From Octopus vulgaris (lineage: Eukaryota), in contig OX597827.1 of assembly GCA_951406725.2 (NCBI GenBank), positions 52,700,001 through 52,764,000 of the forward strand: DNA of 64,000 nucleotides, given 5' to 3'. Made by a program: the position numbers and the translations under genes. A model generated the notes under the pieces. The model was not told the DNA's origin, made no database searches, and was given only the letters and a program-made list of their open reading frames with translations. Below, piece after piece: positions 40,352 through 54,222 of the stretch (the first letter of the stretch is position 1; every line of letters begins with the position of its first letter).

Positions 40352-43300
40352 AAATAATATAATAATAATAATAAAAGATATTAATATTGTGATATCATAA
40401 AACATTAATATAATATGATCTTATCATTATTATTAAATATTATCAAACGTAGAGTAAACAATTGTCAAGATTAAAATTATGATGAGAACAGGGGATTAAA
40501 GATAAAACAGTAAATCTTTATCATGCACTATTCCACCCTCTGATACTGTTATTACACATGGAAAGTACATGTACCTACTTTAACTGATTTTATTTGTTCA
40601 TAATGTTTTATTTTCATCTAATGTTTTAAACAGGTCAGGTGTAAAATTTGAGGATACCCAACTGACTTACATGAAAGTGTGCTGTGCTGGATAGTTTTTA
40701 TTGATATTGCTGAGAAAGTAGAAGTTGGTAATATGTGAGTGATATAAAGCCAATGTGGATGTGTGTGGTTGAGTGTGTGCATAGAGAAGGCGATAGGGGG
40801 CAGAGTTCTGTTATAGTTCTGGGAGAAGTGGGACTGTAGAGGACTTGGATGAGTAATATGGATGGGTAAGTCATCAGGGAAGAGGTAAGATATAAAAAAA
40901 CAGGGGCAGATGGCAGGTTCAAAAGAACAGAGGCTATTATAGAACACAATAAATAACAATGGCTGTTAAATTGTAATACGAGGAAGTGTATGGTAAATAT
41001 TCATGTTCGAACTACACCAGTGATTTACACATAAAAACATTGACAAATTTAAACTATTATCATATATATAACTATTAGTAATTATCATACAGATAAGGAT
41101 AAAAAGGACTTATAAAGCCCAATACTAAGCTTGAAACCATATAGGAACAAGTAAATGAGAACTTTTGACAGAAAGGATAGCCAATCTACTACAACTCAAG
41201 CCATGGCATATATAATGCAAAATGAAATTGAAACAAATAAATGCAAAATATAATGCAAAGTAAAACTGAAACAAATAAAAACGTGGTAAACTCTTTTTAA
41301 GTAAAAAAGAAAAAAGAAAAAGAAAAGAAACATTAACTAAAATGCTAGAGGGAAATCAATGATAATTGCTTTTACACCAGAATAGATAATATAAAAAGAA
41401 AGGGTTCTTTTAAATTTGTATGATAAAATAAAATTAATTTCTGAGCAAATTATTTCATTATTTCACCTTTAATATTAACTATATTAAAATATGTGACTAA
41501 TACTTGTCTTCCACACCAAGAGATCCCAGTTTAGAAAGAAAGGGGCAGATTCAAGTTAAAAGGCTAACAGGATGCAAAATAATTTCAAAATAAAAGTCAG
41601 TGCTATGAATAATTTTACATTAATTATAAAAGTTTGATAAGTATGGTTGTGAGAAGTTATCCCCCTCTCTCTCTCTCAAAAACAAAAAAACAAAAAAACA
41701 AAAACACCTAGAATGTCTAAAAATATCTACAAAAGTAGGACTGAGCATAATTCTACAAGTGGATAGGAACGTGAAGGGCTAATTGATTTGAGAATATATG
41801 CTAGTAGAACAACAAAATTACAGGAAACTGAATGGAACAATGTCATTGGAAGATTCAAAATATGAGCCGTTTTGACCGTTTCAAAGCCCCAAAATGCAGG
41901 AAGCAGTCCAACAACATAAAACTTATTCAAGCTATAAATGCCGTCAACAAGTTAGTAAACCATGTTTATATATTAAAATAATTTTTTTCCCTCTTTCTAA
42001 TTTTGGCACAAGGCCAGCAGTTTTGAGAGGCGGGGTAAGTCAATTACACCAGCCCCAAAAGGAAGAAAGGAAAAGTTTAAATAATTGAGAACAGATAAGA
42101 AAGAAATTAAAGCAAAAATGCCATACCACCTAATGAAATCTTTTTAATATAGTAACTTTCTAAGCTCATATTTTCAGAAGGTGAGAAAAGAAATTTGAAC
42201 TTGGCTATATAAACATTTTTGAAATTCTAAAAATGACTTGCTGTTCAGGTTTTGAAATGGTTCAAAGATAAATAGATTGCTTTTTTCTGACATAAAAGAA
42301 AAAAAAATTGAAATTTCAAGAACAATAGTAAATACAGAATATTATACACTGTTATTTATTTACTCCTAAATTGGCCCTAAATGAACAGATTTATGATCAA
42401 AGCCATTCAAGCTATTTTAATTTAACTTTTTGTTGTTTTTTTTGGGTTTTTTTCAGGAATAAAGAGAGAACCATGAACTATGTTAATCAATATATTCTTT
42501 TTATTTAATACAGTAGGGTTATATAGTTAGGAAGATTTGGCTGCTATTTCTAACAGGCTAAGCAACCACAGAGATGCGTGCATGGTTGCACACTGTTCAA
42601 ATATCTGTACGTAGTGAACCTCATCAACAATTCCACTTTCATGATAGCTTAATATAAATACTATCAAGCATGGTATTTTTTAATAACAATAATAATATTA
42701 CAACAAAACTACTCCAGTTTGCCTTTGAACTGTAAAGTGAACTGGAAAAGAAACTTATACTAAATTTTACACTGTTTTTAGTTTTAAGTGGCAGGTGGTG
42801 TAGTGAGGTGTTAAGTTCCCAGTAGGATGCTGAGGTCACAACCTGGTTTTCACTCCCATTAAATATCTTTACACTTCAATTATGTTTCTAATATTCTTAG
42901 AAAAGGCATGATGGTCATCAACACAATTTCTTATTTGTCATAATGAAGAAATTTTTAGATTTCTTGTCTGCGCAGGAAATGACACCAATTAGCAGAGAAA
43001 TGTGAGCGGTTACAACTGTCACTTAAACAATCATCAATTTACAACTATTCTTCAGGCAACCACTGTGTGTGTAGCGTGTATGCAAGAGTGTGTGAGATTG
43101 AATGTATAAATACACACACACACATATATATGTGGATGAGTGTTGTAGTTATAGTATAGTGAAAATAGTTGGAATTAAATAAAGAAATATGAGTAGGCAT
43201 AAATGTTTGATTTTGCTATCTAAAAGTTAGGGTGGCAAGCATTGTCAAGTAAACAAATAAAGCACCAATGTCAGCTTAGTTGTTTGCAACTTTCAGAAAT

Positions 43301-43500
43301 CAATAAGCTGTCACGGTTCCGGTAAATTACTACATGAAAATTAAACATAATTAGTTGAAATTAAAAACAAAAAAATATCCTTTCATAAGAATAAAACACC
43401 ATAGATTGAACAAAATAAATTACTATTATTAAAGCAAATTAGGAGAAATTAAGTCGGTCTTTGCATTAATTGAATACATCAAGTTCGGACATACTGGTCC

Positions 43501-43523
43501 CTATATTGCTGTTGGTCCCAAAA
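43501..43523 (-). CDS. Candidate terminal coding exon (VLGPTAI*) of the minus-strand gene
   Basis: tttag acceptor at 43525-43524; phase-1 compatible with exon 54295-54400; alternative in-frame acceptor 36 nt upstream; followed by repeat-poor UTR-like sequence. Confidence 0.3.
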
Positions 43524-43944
43524 CTAAATATATACATACTAATATGTGTATTTTTTTTTCTGGTGAAAGAATATAGGAAAAGAGGGACATAATCAATTCT
43601 AGATGAAAGATGAAATATAAACAAACAACGACTGAAGGAGACTAGATATAAAGTCATAAAGTTTGGTTTGTATGTCAGCGGATAAAATACATACTTTTTC
43701 TTTCGGCCAGTGGGTTCTTTTTGGAGGCATCGGTGTGTACATTGTTCCCCATCAAGGTACTCTTTCAAAGTGTTACAGCTTCACTTTAATGTGTGTGTGT
43801 GTGTGTGTTTGTGTAGGGAGAGAGGGAAATGGGGTGAGGGACAGAGACACATATATCTCTATATAATATATTACACATGTGTGCATAACAGTCATCTACA
43901 GACAATCTGTCTGACTAACTCTGACTCTCACTCATTCACTCTTA

Positions 43945-43977
<33 letters not shown>

Positions 43978-44650
43978 TCACACAAACACATACATGATTC
44001 GATATATGTGCACACATATGTGTCAACTGAAAATTACAAACTTACTTCAAGCGATAAAGAAACACACACACACACAGTATAACTACTATACTACTATTGT
44101 ATCATCAGTACCGCCCACCCATATATGTGGTCTCAGAGAGGCACTTGAAATTTTGTTCATCTTGGAGATGGGGGTGAGGGCTGAATATAGAGGGCTTGCT
44201 AAGAGGTGGGCAGAATAGAATGGGGGAAGGTTAAGTAGAGAAGAGAAAGGAAGAAAAGAGTGTATATTGTGTGTGAACGCATGCATGCGCACATACACAC
44301 ACACACACACACACGTGCGTGTAGCAGGGAGAGAAAGAGAGTTTAGACTCGGGGACTGTGCTATCTCTTCACAGCTTACTCTTTACCCACATCTCTGCCA
44401 CTGCCAACACCACAATTACTACCATCAGCACCATTAAGAATCTGCTGCTACTGCTCTGCTTCGGTAGCAGGCTAATAGTATTGGTTAATAGTGAACATGC
44501 TGCCTCCACCACCTCACCATTACCATCCTGTCTCACCTTTAATTAACACTTTAAAGGAACTGTCATGTACAGTGGAAAAGTTTGGATAACACAAGCCTGT
44601 CTGTCCAGTGGTATATAGTATGAAAACATGCTACCTGGTGTGCCTAAGGA

Positions 44651-44845
44651 TTAACTCTAGCATTTAATCTGGCCATATCCAGCCCAAATATCCGATCTTT
44701 CACACCTACCCTACAATGTCATTCTAAAAATAAACAATCGCATCATTGAAATCTTGAAGCTACAGGATAATGCATGATTAATTTAAAACAATGTGAATAA
44801 ATAAGCATTACATTTGACAGAGAAATCTGGATGTTAAAGGGTTAA
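44651..44845. mobile_element. TTAA-flanked piggyBac-like MITE
   Basis: Homolog of 33281-33512; ends aaagggttaa. Confidence 0.75.
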
Positions 44846-46682
44846 GGTTGTATGCTGTGTTGTGATTTAGAGTTAGAATCAGGCTACTGGAAGATGACAA
44901 TGCTAAAATATGGAAGATTTAGAAAACAATGTTAGGAGTAACAAGTATGAAAGTGTATATAGGTGTATAGAGTGATCCAAGAGTGAATGAGTTTCATTGG
45001 TTTGAATGTGTTTAAGTACACTGCTTAGTTTCTCTCAGTATTCAACAACCAGGAGACAGCTGGCAATATATTAAAGAGGGAAATAGGAGGTTATAGGGTG
45101 GAGTACTGTAAATGAAAGTGAGATGAAATAGGGTGGAGTTTAGGGGTGGGAACAGCTGGTCAATGTAAAGAGCTTACAAAGGAAATGAGGAAGAGAAAGG
45201 GTGGCAGAAGAAATTTAGACAGAAAAGTAGAGAACAGATAAATAAGTTCAAGACAGACAGGTAGAGAACAGATGAATAAATAGACATGAAAAGGTAAATA
45301 AGTGGACATGAAAATAAGAATTAAAAAGACAGAGAGTAAATAAACTAAAGGAAAGGAATCAGAAAAATAGAGACAGAAAAGAAAAATAACAAGAAAATGA
45401 ATGTGAAGAGTTAAAACCCCGGACAAATAGAAGATAAGAATTAGAATACAAGAGAAAAGGTAGACTTAATCCAGTACCAGGATTAACTCCACTTGGAGAC
45501 CCTTAATGAAATTCACTCTGTTGTGAGCATTTGGGCCTGGTCTCCAGGCTAAATATAACTCCCTTCTTCCCTCCCAGTCATCCTGAAGATCATGAAAAGG
45601 GTAGTGCCTTTCCCAATTCAACTAAGCGATATAATAAATAAAACAAAAAGAGCAAAAGAAAGGTAAGTGAAAGACTCTAGTAGCAACAACTAATTAAGGC
45701 AATGAAGATATGAATAATTAAATTAAATACGTCAATGCAACAAGATTTCAGATCATTTAATTTAATTCTCTTACTAAAAATACTCAAAAAAAGGGAGTGT
45801 TATTAGATTAATATTTTTTTATGGCTCAGTAAGAAGACAAACATTACACCAACATAGGGTCTCTGAAACTAGTAGGCGAAACAGAAGAAACTGTATCTTT
45901 TATGGGTTACAAAATTAGAGACCTGGTCTCCTTGTTGAGAAAAGTGTGGGGTCTGTTCAAGGCACTGAAAAACCAGGTGGTGCTGTTAAAGTGGACTTAA
46001 AAGTCCCTTACTCATATTTAAAGCAATCAACATCAGGGTAATATATCACAGTTTCATAAATTGTAAAGATTAAAATAGAAAGGAAAAGTAGGAAAAAAGA
46101 AAGGGACATGAGAAAAAGAAGAAATAAAAGAGCAAAAGGGAAATGAGAGAAAACATATAAGATGGACAGGAAAGAATTTTTTCTTCTTTAACATTAACTT
46201 CTGTTTCCATAAGTGGTAGTCTACAGTATAAAAGGTATTGTACACTGAACACTGGCCAACTTTTGCCTTTGGTTTTTAATCTTTGATAAGATCAGCTGCT
46301 TCACGAAATATAACTCTGAACCTAGCTATTTCCATAAAGGGAACGAATGTCTTTTGCAAAGGTTTTCCAGCACAGTAGAGCTCTGTAACTTAATTTTTGT
46401 AATTTAAAAGAGTAACCTATAATGAGTTCACAAACCATATTTAATATTTTCTTTTTTTTTTTATACGTAAAATGCTATCAGTAGAAAAAGCCACTTGAAA
46501 TCAGATATATGTTATTTAATTTCTCTGAAAAATAAGCTTTCTAATTGCAAATTGTAAAAGAGCAACATTTGGCATTAACCGCTCCTTGTGTTTCGGTTAG
46601 TGTCCAGTCCTTACTATACAGAACAGAACTATTTCAATGCAAACTTTGACAAGCATTATTTTAAATCTATCACTGATTGAAT

Positions 46683-47056
46683 ACTCTTTTACTTGTTTCA
46701 GTCATTTAACTGTGGCCATGCTGGAGTACTGCCTTTAGTTGAGCATATCAACCCCAGGACTTATTCTTTATAAGCCTAGTACTTATTCTATTGGTCTCAT
46801 TTGCCGAACTGCTAAGTTACAGTAATGTAAACACACCAACATCGGTTGTCAAGCGATGTTGGGGGGACAAACACAGACACACAAACATATACACACACAT
46901 ATATACAACGGGATTCTTTCAGTTTCCGTCAACCAAATCCACTCATAAGGCTCTGGTCAGCTTGAGGCTATAGTAGAAGATGCTTGAGGTGCCATGCAGT
47001 GGGATTGAACTTGGAACCATGTGGTTGGGAAGTAAGCTTCTTACCATACAGCCACA
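46683..47056 (-). mobile_element. SINE family A
   Basis: Nearly full family A body. Confidence 0.85.
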
Positions 47057-47090
47057 CCACATACACACATCTGTATATGTATATATTCAA

Positions 47091-47482
47091 AATTATATTA
47101 GAGTGTACACGAAGCACCAGCTTGCTAGAAAGTGGAAGTAAAAACTGCCAACTTAACCTACAATCTCACTGAAAATATGCAACGGACCAACAGAAATCTG
47201 GCAAATGAGCAGAATTTAACATACTATCTCAGCTAAAAAGCCATAGATTGAGGTAACAGACATACCTGAATCATGATTTTGAATTCTGACTAGTGTCTCA
47301 ACTCCCCTCAACAGGTCTTGCTGTACCTAAAATGAAAAATCTATCTTGCCTCTTTTGTAATCTGTTATGTCTTGAATGTTGGTCCATTGCGTATTTTCAG
47401 TGAGATTGGTGGTTAAGTTGGGGGGGGGGGGTTACTTCCTCTTTCTGGCAAGCTGGTGCTTTGTGTACCCTCTAATATAATT
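47091..47482. mobile_element. MITE/fold-back element with ~100-bp TIRs
   Basis: aattatattagag.gtacac.aagcaccagcttgc...ggaccaaca versus its reverse complement at 47377-47482. Confidence 0.75.
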
Positions 47483-47639
47483 ATGAATTTATTGTATAGC
47501 TGTTTAATGCTAATATTGCTTGCTACCACTAATGTTATTGTTGTTGTTATCAATTTTAAAGATTTGCTGCTGATAATGATAATAACAGTTTTACGAGTGT
47601 TCACTTGAATATTTACTCATTTATATATATATAAGCTCG

Positions 47640-47873
47640 AACCGATCGTGACCGATGCCGGACCCTCCGGCCCCTGTGCAGGTGGCACGTAAAAAGCACC
47701 CAATCCACTCACGGAGTGGTTGGCGTTAGGAAGGGCATCCAGCCGTAGAAACTCTGCCAGATTCAGACTGGAGCCTGGAGCGGCCCCTGGCTTCCCAGAC
47801 CCGGTCGAACCGTCCAACCCGTGCTAGCGCGGAAAGCGGACGTTAAACGATGATGATGATGATGATGATGATG
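47640..47873 (+). mobile_element. RTE LINE 3' UTR, young copy
   Basis: Near-identical to 36240-36443; long (GAT)n tail. Confidence 0.85.
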
Positions 47874-48005
47874 CATATATATACATTTTTTTCTTGAGTT
47901 TCAGCTCAGAGCTGTGGCCATGCTAATGCACCGCCGTTTAAACATAAAGACAGACGAAATACCATTAAGCATTTCGCCCGGCACGCTAACGTTTCTGCCA
48001 ACTTG

Positions 48006-48040
<35 letters not shown>

Positions 48041-49032
48041 GCCTTCCTGATCTTCGTTTGCGAAGCTGAACCATGATGATGATGATGATATATATATATA
48101 TATATATATATGATATCATGGTGTTCAGGTCACCAAATAGACATTAGGAAAGGGAAATGGAGAGTTAGTTAAGAGAAGACAGCAGGATAAGTGAAATGAA
48201 AGAGAAAGAACATGCTGAAATGAAAAAAAGATAAGGGAAAGAGAGAAACAAGAGAACAGTTAAAGGGGAAGGATGGAGAAAATGAGGAAAAAAATGAAAA
48301 AAATTGATAAATTCTTTCTTCTTTATGCTTTATGCAATGGTGAATCTCATGGAACATGGTAAAACAATGGGTGTTGTTAATGTGGGGTTGAATGTTGTCA
48401 ACTCTAAGACAAACAACAATAGTATCAATGGAGAGACAAGAGAAGAAACAATAGCATTGTTTCATAATTCCTCTTTTGTAACAAGTCTAAAGCCACAACC
48501 ATTTACTCAGTGATCTTCACCTCTTTCGATTAAAATACAAATCAAACATAGTCTCAGCTTTTAACCATCTCCCATTGTCTTTATGTCAGACTAGTTTTTG
48601 TTTAATCCTAAATCAGTCCTGGTTCTAGTAGATCTGTGGACAAAGGTGTTCTCGCTATGGCAATACCATCTTTTTTTGGTTATGTGTTGAACTACACCAT
48701 GTCACGTGTCTTTTTTTTTAAGAAGGCAGGGCATAAATTTAAGGAAAATTTGGCAGTTGTTTTCAGCAGAACATGCAACCACATTGAAACTCCATTGTTT
48801 ACTGGAACCCAGAGTAAGCTAAACAGGGAGTAAGCTAAATTGCTTTCCCTTTTCTTTTTGTTTTGTTTTAGCACTGTTATATCCAAGGAAAAAAATATTG
48901 TCAAGAGGCAAGTGTGGGTTGAGCATAGAGTTTGATATGTTGCAAAAACATTAATAGTTGAGTTAATAAGAGGGCCTCTACATGGTTGCTCAACCTGCTA
49001 AAAATAGAAACCAAATCTCCCTCAAATCACTC

Positions 49033-49370
49033 TGACATTGGCAGCTGAATAAGCTACTGGAAATGGTGTTGCACTGATTTTTCATGGGTCCCTCCTTCTT
49101 TCAGATTTTATGCACTGCAAAATGTAAATGCATCCAACAGTTTTAAGAGTTTCATGGCATTAAACAGACATGAACAAACAAACTTTTTGGATATTATTAC
49201 GTCAGTTTGTTGCAAGCAACATTATCAGATCATATAACTCTCTAACCATAGTAGTTCACACTAGGTAAATTGTTGCATGTACAACCCCCAAAATGCAAAA
49301 TACCTGTAGCGGGACCCATGAAAAGTCAATGCAACACCATTTCCAATTGGCTGCTCAGCTGCCAATATCA
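49033..49370. mobile_element. MITE with ~60-bp TIRs
   Basis: attggcagctga...ggaaatggtgttgca.tga.ttttcatgggtccc versus gggacccatgaaaa.tca.tgcaacaccatttcc...tcagctgccaat. Confidence 0.75.
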
Positions 49371-49799
49371 ATCAATAAAGTGGTATATCGGTCAATATGT
49401 TTGTACCTCAACAATATATAAAGTACCCTAGTTCTGAAACATTCATGCTTTATAAAAAAACAGTTTTCTCCCTCAACCTCTCAAACAATATTAAATAAAT
49501 AAAAAAAATTTAAAAACTAATAAACAAAAGTCTAAAAATTTGGATTACTTCCATAGAAATATCAAGCATTAAATTTTTTAGGATGTAAATAATCAAGAAT
49601 CAATCAATCAATTGTGCTGTTACATTAAACAACTTCAATAGATCAAGGAAATGGGATAAAATGTAAACAAGTGTATTTTAGGTAACAGCTGTGCTCAGAA
49701 CTAAAGGTAATATTATTGTGTGTATGTGTGTGTGCATATGTGTGTTTTACAACCATTTTTTGATGTTAGAATGGGTTAGATGAACAAATTATTGAGGCA

Positions 49800-50175
49800 C
49801 TAGCACTATGACCCAGCAACGCCAGGTCATAGTGCTAGTGCATGCATATACAATTGCGTGCATGCGCACATACATGCGAGTACTGTCCAAATCTCCAACC
49901 AATCACATACAGCTAGCTGGCATTCAATCGGCGTATCAAGTTTCGGGCATTTTGATTGGGTTTTGGATAGAAAATTCACAAAAAAGTCACTTCTAGTGAT
50001 TTTTTTAATGGCTTTGTGGGGTGACTGGGGAAATGTAAAGATGTGCACGACTACCCTTGGACGGGTTTTGAATGACCATAGAAAGTACGAGCCCTCTAAC
50101 TGAAAAATTGTGGATTTGTATAAAGGACACGCACAAACACAGAGATAAACATTTTGCTGTATATATACATAGAGA
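49800..50175 (-). mobile_element. Non-autonomous Helitron
   Basis: Minus strand starts A^TCTCTATGTATATATA and ends hairpin + CTAG^T; A/T target with no TSD. Confidence 0.75.
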
Positions 50176-50554
50176 TTGTTTTATAGCCGGATACCTTTCC
50201 TGATTCTAACCCTTACCTGTTTTTTGTTTTACCTACTTTCGCTGTGGTGGGCAAAGATGAGCAAGATGGATGATGTAATAATCTTTTACACTTTATTATT
50301 TGTTGTACATCCCAGCACAATGTTTGGGATCAGTGAAGTTAATTATGCTGCAGCTATTTTTGTGTGTATGGGTTCCTAAAGCTTGTCTGAGATGAGGGAA
50401 GAGATAGTATTTTTAGGATACTGAGAGGATTGAAACTTGCAACAAATTGGACAAACATAATTTATTGCGGATCTAATGTATTGTTTGTATACTATTGTTG
50501 TTGCTACTTTCTTATGGTCAAATGTGATACCAATGATGTTTGAGTAGAAGTGCC

Positions 50555-50965
50555 AATCACCTAAAGTGGATGGAACTTGTGAAAGAGGGAGACCAAAAAA
50601 GATGTGTTGAAGTATTGAAGGCTGATATCAAGATACTGAACCTTACAAGGGAGATGACAAAGGACCAAAATATCTGGCACATTACTGTATTCAAGAAAAA
50701 GTGTTCACCACAGTAGAATTGATACTGGTGCCACACAAAAAGCATTCATACTGGTGCCACATTAAAAGCACTGGTGCTGGTATCATGTTAAAAGCACCCA
50801 GTACACTCTGTGGAGTGGTTGATGTTAGGAAGGGCATCCAACCATAGAAACCATGTCAGAACAAACAATGGAGCCTGGTGCAGCTCCTGAGCTCAACAGC
50901 TACAGACAAACTGTCCAACCCATGCCAGCATGGAAAACAGACATTAAATGATGATGACGATGATG
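50555..50965 (+). mobile_element. RTE LINE 3' end
   Basis: GTCERGRPKKMC remnant, tgccaca repeats, gatgacgatgatg tail. Confidence 0.8.
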
Positions 50966-51776
50966 TCTTCTATAGGTATTGTGAATGTTGTGGAGGAGTT
51001 ATATGTAACTCCTGTATATGATGTTGGTAACAGTTGTTAACCAGATAACAAAATACATTATTTATTAAAAGAGTAATATGTTGGCCAGCTTTGAATAAGC
51101 AAAGTCTATATTAGTTCTTAATTTTGAATTGGCATTCAAAAACTGAAAAGGCCTGTAGTTTAAATGCTATCTAATCAGTTGCTCTTTTGTTCCAGGTCAG
51201 GTCAGTTCTCTCTCCCCACCTCTGATTGAATAAAAGAGTTCTAACCATGTTCATTGAATCTTTTTTCGGTCACAATGTATTTTAAGACTACATGATCCAA
51301 GATGTCCCCCTTTTCTGAAGCTAGTAGGGTGTAACTTGAGAGAGATTTGGTTGCTATTTTGGGCAACTTAAGCAACCGTATAGCTAGTCATCTGGAATTG
51401 AGCACAGCTGGTGAGTAATAACAGGGGTGAAGTATTGGGTGTCAATCACTACCAGATGGAATTATTCAAAATCAGATTCGTTGTTTAAGAACATAAGAAA
51501 AGATTTAATACACCAGAGACCTTTGTGTGTTTGTGTGTAAACAACTGAACATTGATTATAAGCACAAGGAGCTGACATAAAAGATATGGCTTAAGTTTTC
51601 ACAACTTAATCCAAATATTGGCAGAAGGAACAATGAAAGGCCAATGTAGAGAAGAAAAACTCTTTTGTTCTGTTTAGTACGACTTCTTCAGTAGTAGTCA
51701 CATGATAAAATGTACCTAGCCCAATCTGCAAAGTGATGTTGATAAGAAAGACACAGAACCATAAAAAAATTTAGCC

Positions 51777-51965
51777 AAAAATAATGACATACACGATAAC
51801 ATTGTCAGAGTTTCTCTGTTGAAATGCATGCAAGATGACGAAGGGCTGTGGTGAGCAGCGAAAAGAGAAAAAAAATAATGACATACACAATAACATTGTC
51901 AGAGTTTCTTTGTTGAAATGCATGCAAGATGACGAAGGGCTGTGGTGAGCAGCGAAAAGAGAAAA
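51777..51965. repeat. Tandem duplication, 2 x 94 bp
   Basis: ataatgacatacac starts at 51781 and 51875; 2 substitutions seen. Confidence 0.9.
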
Positions 51966-53546
51966 CTTGCAATAAGTAATCAGGCTGAGGACTGTGGTAG
52001 GTAGTGATTGCTGGTGAGATGAAAGACAGCAGCATTGTAAAACTTGCTCAAGTCATGTCAGTATGGAAAGAAAAATCGTAGGTTGGAATATCATTTGTTG
52101 GACTGTTATGTTGTTGTTACCCTGCTTTGTTATATATTTTATTGTTACTACACAGTTATAGTGTAAACAAGTATTGTCATAAATAGTGGCGATACTACAA
52201 TAATTGGCGATGAGTAACTACATTACAAAATAGACAAAAGAAGTGATGTTAGATATCCCAAAGAAGTGATGTTAGATATATATTAAGAAAATCAGGAAGA
52301 AGGGCACTTGAATAAACCTCTACCTCCCTGTTTAGCTTCTTCTAACAGACTGGGCTTACAGATAGCATTGAAGTCTTGGTATATTTCAGTACAAATACAC
52401 TAAAAGCTTAAAGATTACTAAATCTGTATATTTTAGAGCTTGTACTTGTCCAAAAAGTGACTTGATCTGAGAGGCCATTAAATGAAACTGAAGTGAATAC
52501 TTTGTGGAAGAGACATTTTAGCCATTTGATAACACAAACATTGTTGTATTCACTTTTCATTCATTTCTTAAGGGTCCCAAATTTTTGTCACATCCCTGAG
52601 ATCTTGTCACCAACAGAGTTCCACTCAACTATGAAGGTGACCAGATGGGTGTGGAGCTTCAAAAATTTTGACACCTAAAGAAATAAATGGAAAGTGACTG
52701 TAAGAGTTTTTTGTATATTTAGATAACTAAAATGGTTCTTCCATTCCACTGCTAAAATTGTATGTTATTCCATCAATTCAAAAATTTATAAATCGGAAAT
52801 TTTTTTATGATCTTTATCTTTTACTACTGCTTTCTATTTCTTCCTGCTTCTTTCAATTTATTTGAAGAATCTTAGACAAACTTCTTCTTTGGAATGTAAC
52901 TAAAAATTTGATGAAAAAATTTTGCCCAAAAAAACTTTCAAATTTTTGGCAGATGCACTGTTGAGGAGGTTAAAATAATTTAGCTAGAAAGGATGGATGC
53001 CATATTTCAAAGTGTTTAAACATTTTTATTTGGAATAACAATAAAATAAATATAAAAATGAAAAAGCTGGATGGAATATTTCAAAAATAAAAATTAAATT
53101 TATCTTAATAACGAATTTTTAAAAACTAATATATAAGAAATATTGAAAAAAGAGAACTAGCTGCAGTTTAGCCCAGGCCAGACTTGATCAAGCAGATTAA
53201 TGGCAAATGTTACTTCAGTTGTAACAATCACACCTTTTTTGTATATCAGGGATTCTTAAGATGGTAGGGTGTAATTTTTAAGGGAGATTTAGCTGCTATA
53301 TTTAGCAGATGAAGTGACTACATAGCGGATCCTTGGACTGAAAATAAAGCAGTGGCTCAGAAGTTAAAGTGAAAAAAATATCAGTTTTCATCACAAACTT
53401 TCATATTGGTTCAAATCCTATATCATTCAGTGCATTGTGATCTAAAATGAACAGATATTACTTTGAGTTAATCAAAATGTAAAGTAAAAATTATAGTCCA
53501 ACTTAATTGGCATCCCTGCTGATTGTGATATATATATATATATATA

Positions 53547-54075
53547 CATGGTCTGATCAATAAGTATCCGGATTGTTGCCATAGAAATGAAGCTAAAGCA
53601 AGCAGATTGAAGCCGCTTGGCACGGATTGACCTTGAACTCTGCTGTGCATGCGTACTAAGTTTTAACGTTCTAGCTCACTTCCGCTGTTTACAGCAGTGC
53701 TTGGAAGGAACATGTGTAGTGTGTGATTGTTGCACTGACCACAACAGAGAAAGTTGAGCAGAGAATCTGTATCAAACTTTGCCAAAAGCTTGGCAATACC
53801 TGCTCAGAGGCCTACACAAAGTTGCAGAAAGTGTATGGAGAGGAGTGTATGAGCCACAAAAATGTCAATAGTGATGAACATTCTGGGAAACCCGCAACCA
53901 GCAGAACTGAGAAAAACATCGCAGATGTGCATGCAGCTGTGAGGGGAAATCATCAAATCACCATCCATGAGTTATCAGAGGATGTGCAGATCAGTTATGG
54001 TTCAGTTCAGTCCATTATCACTCAAGATTTGTGCATGAGATGCTTGTCTGCCAAGTTTGTGCCAAAACTGCTTTC
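53547..54075 (+). mobile_element. Mariner 5' half (left TIR and transposase HTH region), truncated
   Basis: ORF EQRICIKLCQKLG..SGKPATS..ITIHELSEDVQISYGSVQSII..SAKFVPKLL (WVPHEL equivalent); TIR-like catggtctgatcaataagtatccgga after (TA)n. Confidence 0.85.
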
Positions 54076-54222
54076 TCTCCTTGTTTTTTTCTGTGTCCCT
54101 TTCTGTAGAAGAGCATAGGCTCGAAACATAAAAGACTATTTATATTCCTGAGCATTATATTAATACATCCGTTTGTTTTGTACACACCTGTCTTCGTCTT
54201 TTGTTTTTTTATGTAAACTCTT

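Noticed and set aside
45465-45548. Alternative minus-strand terminal exon candidate
   Set aside because: Weak acceptor context and no independent support
51398-51420. Resemblance to miR-317
   Set aside because: Seed mismatch and no evident precursor hairpin
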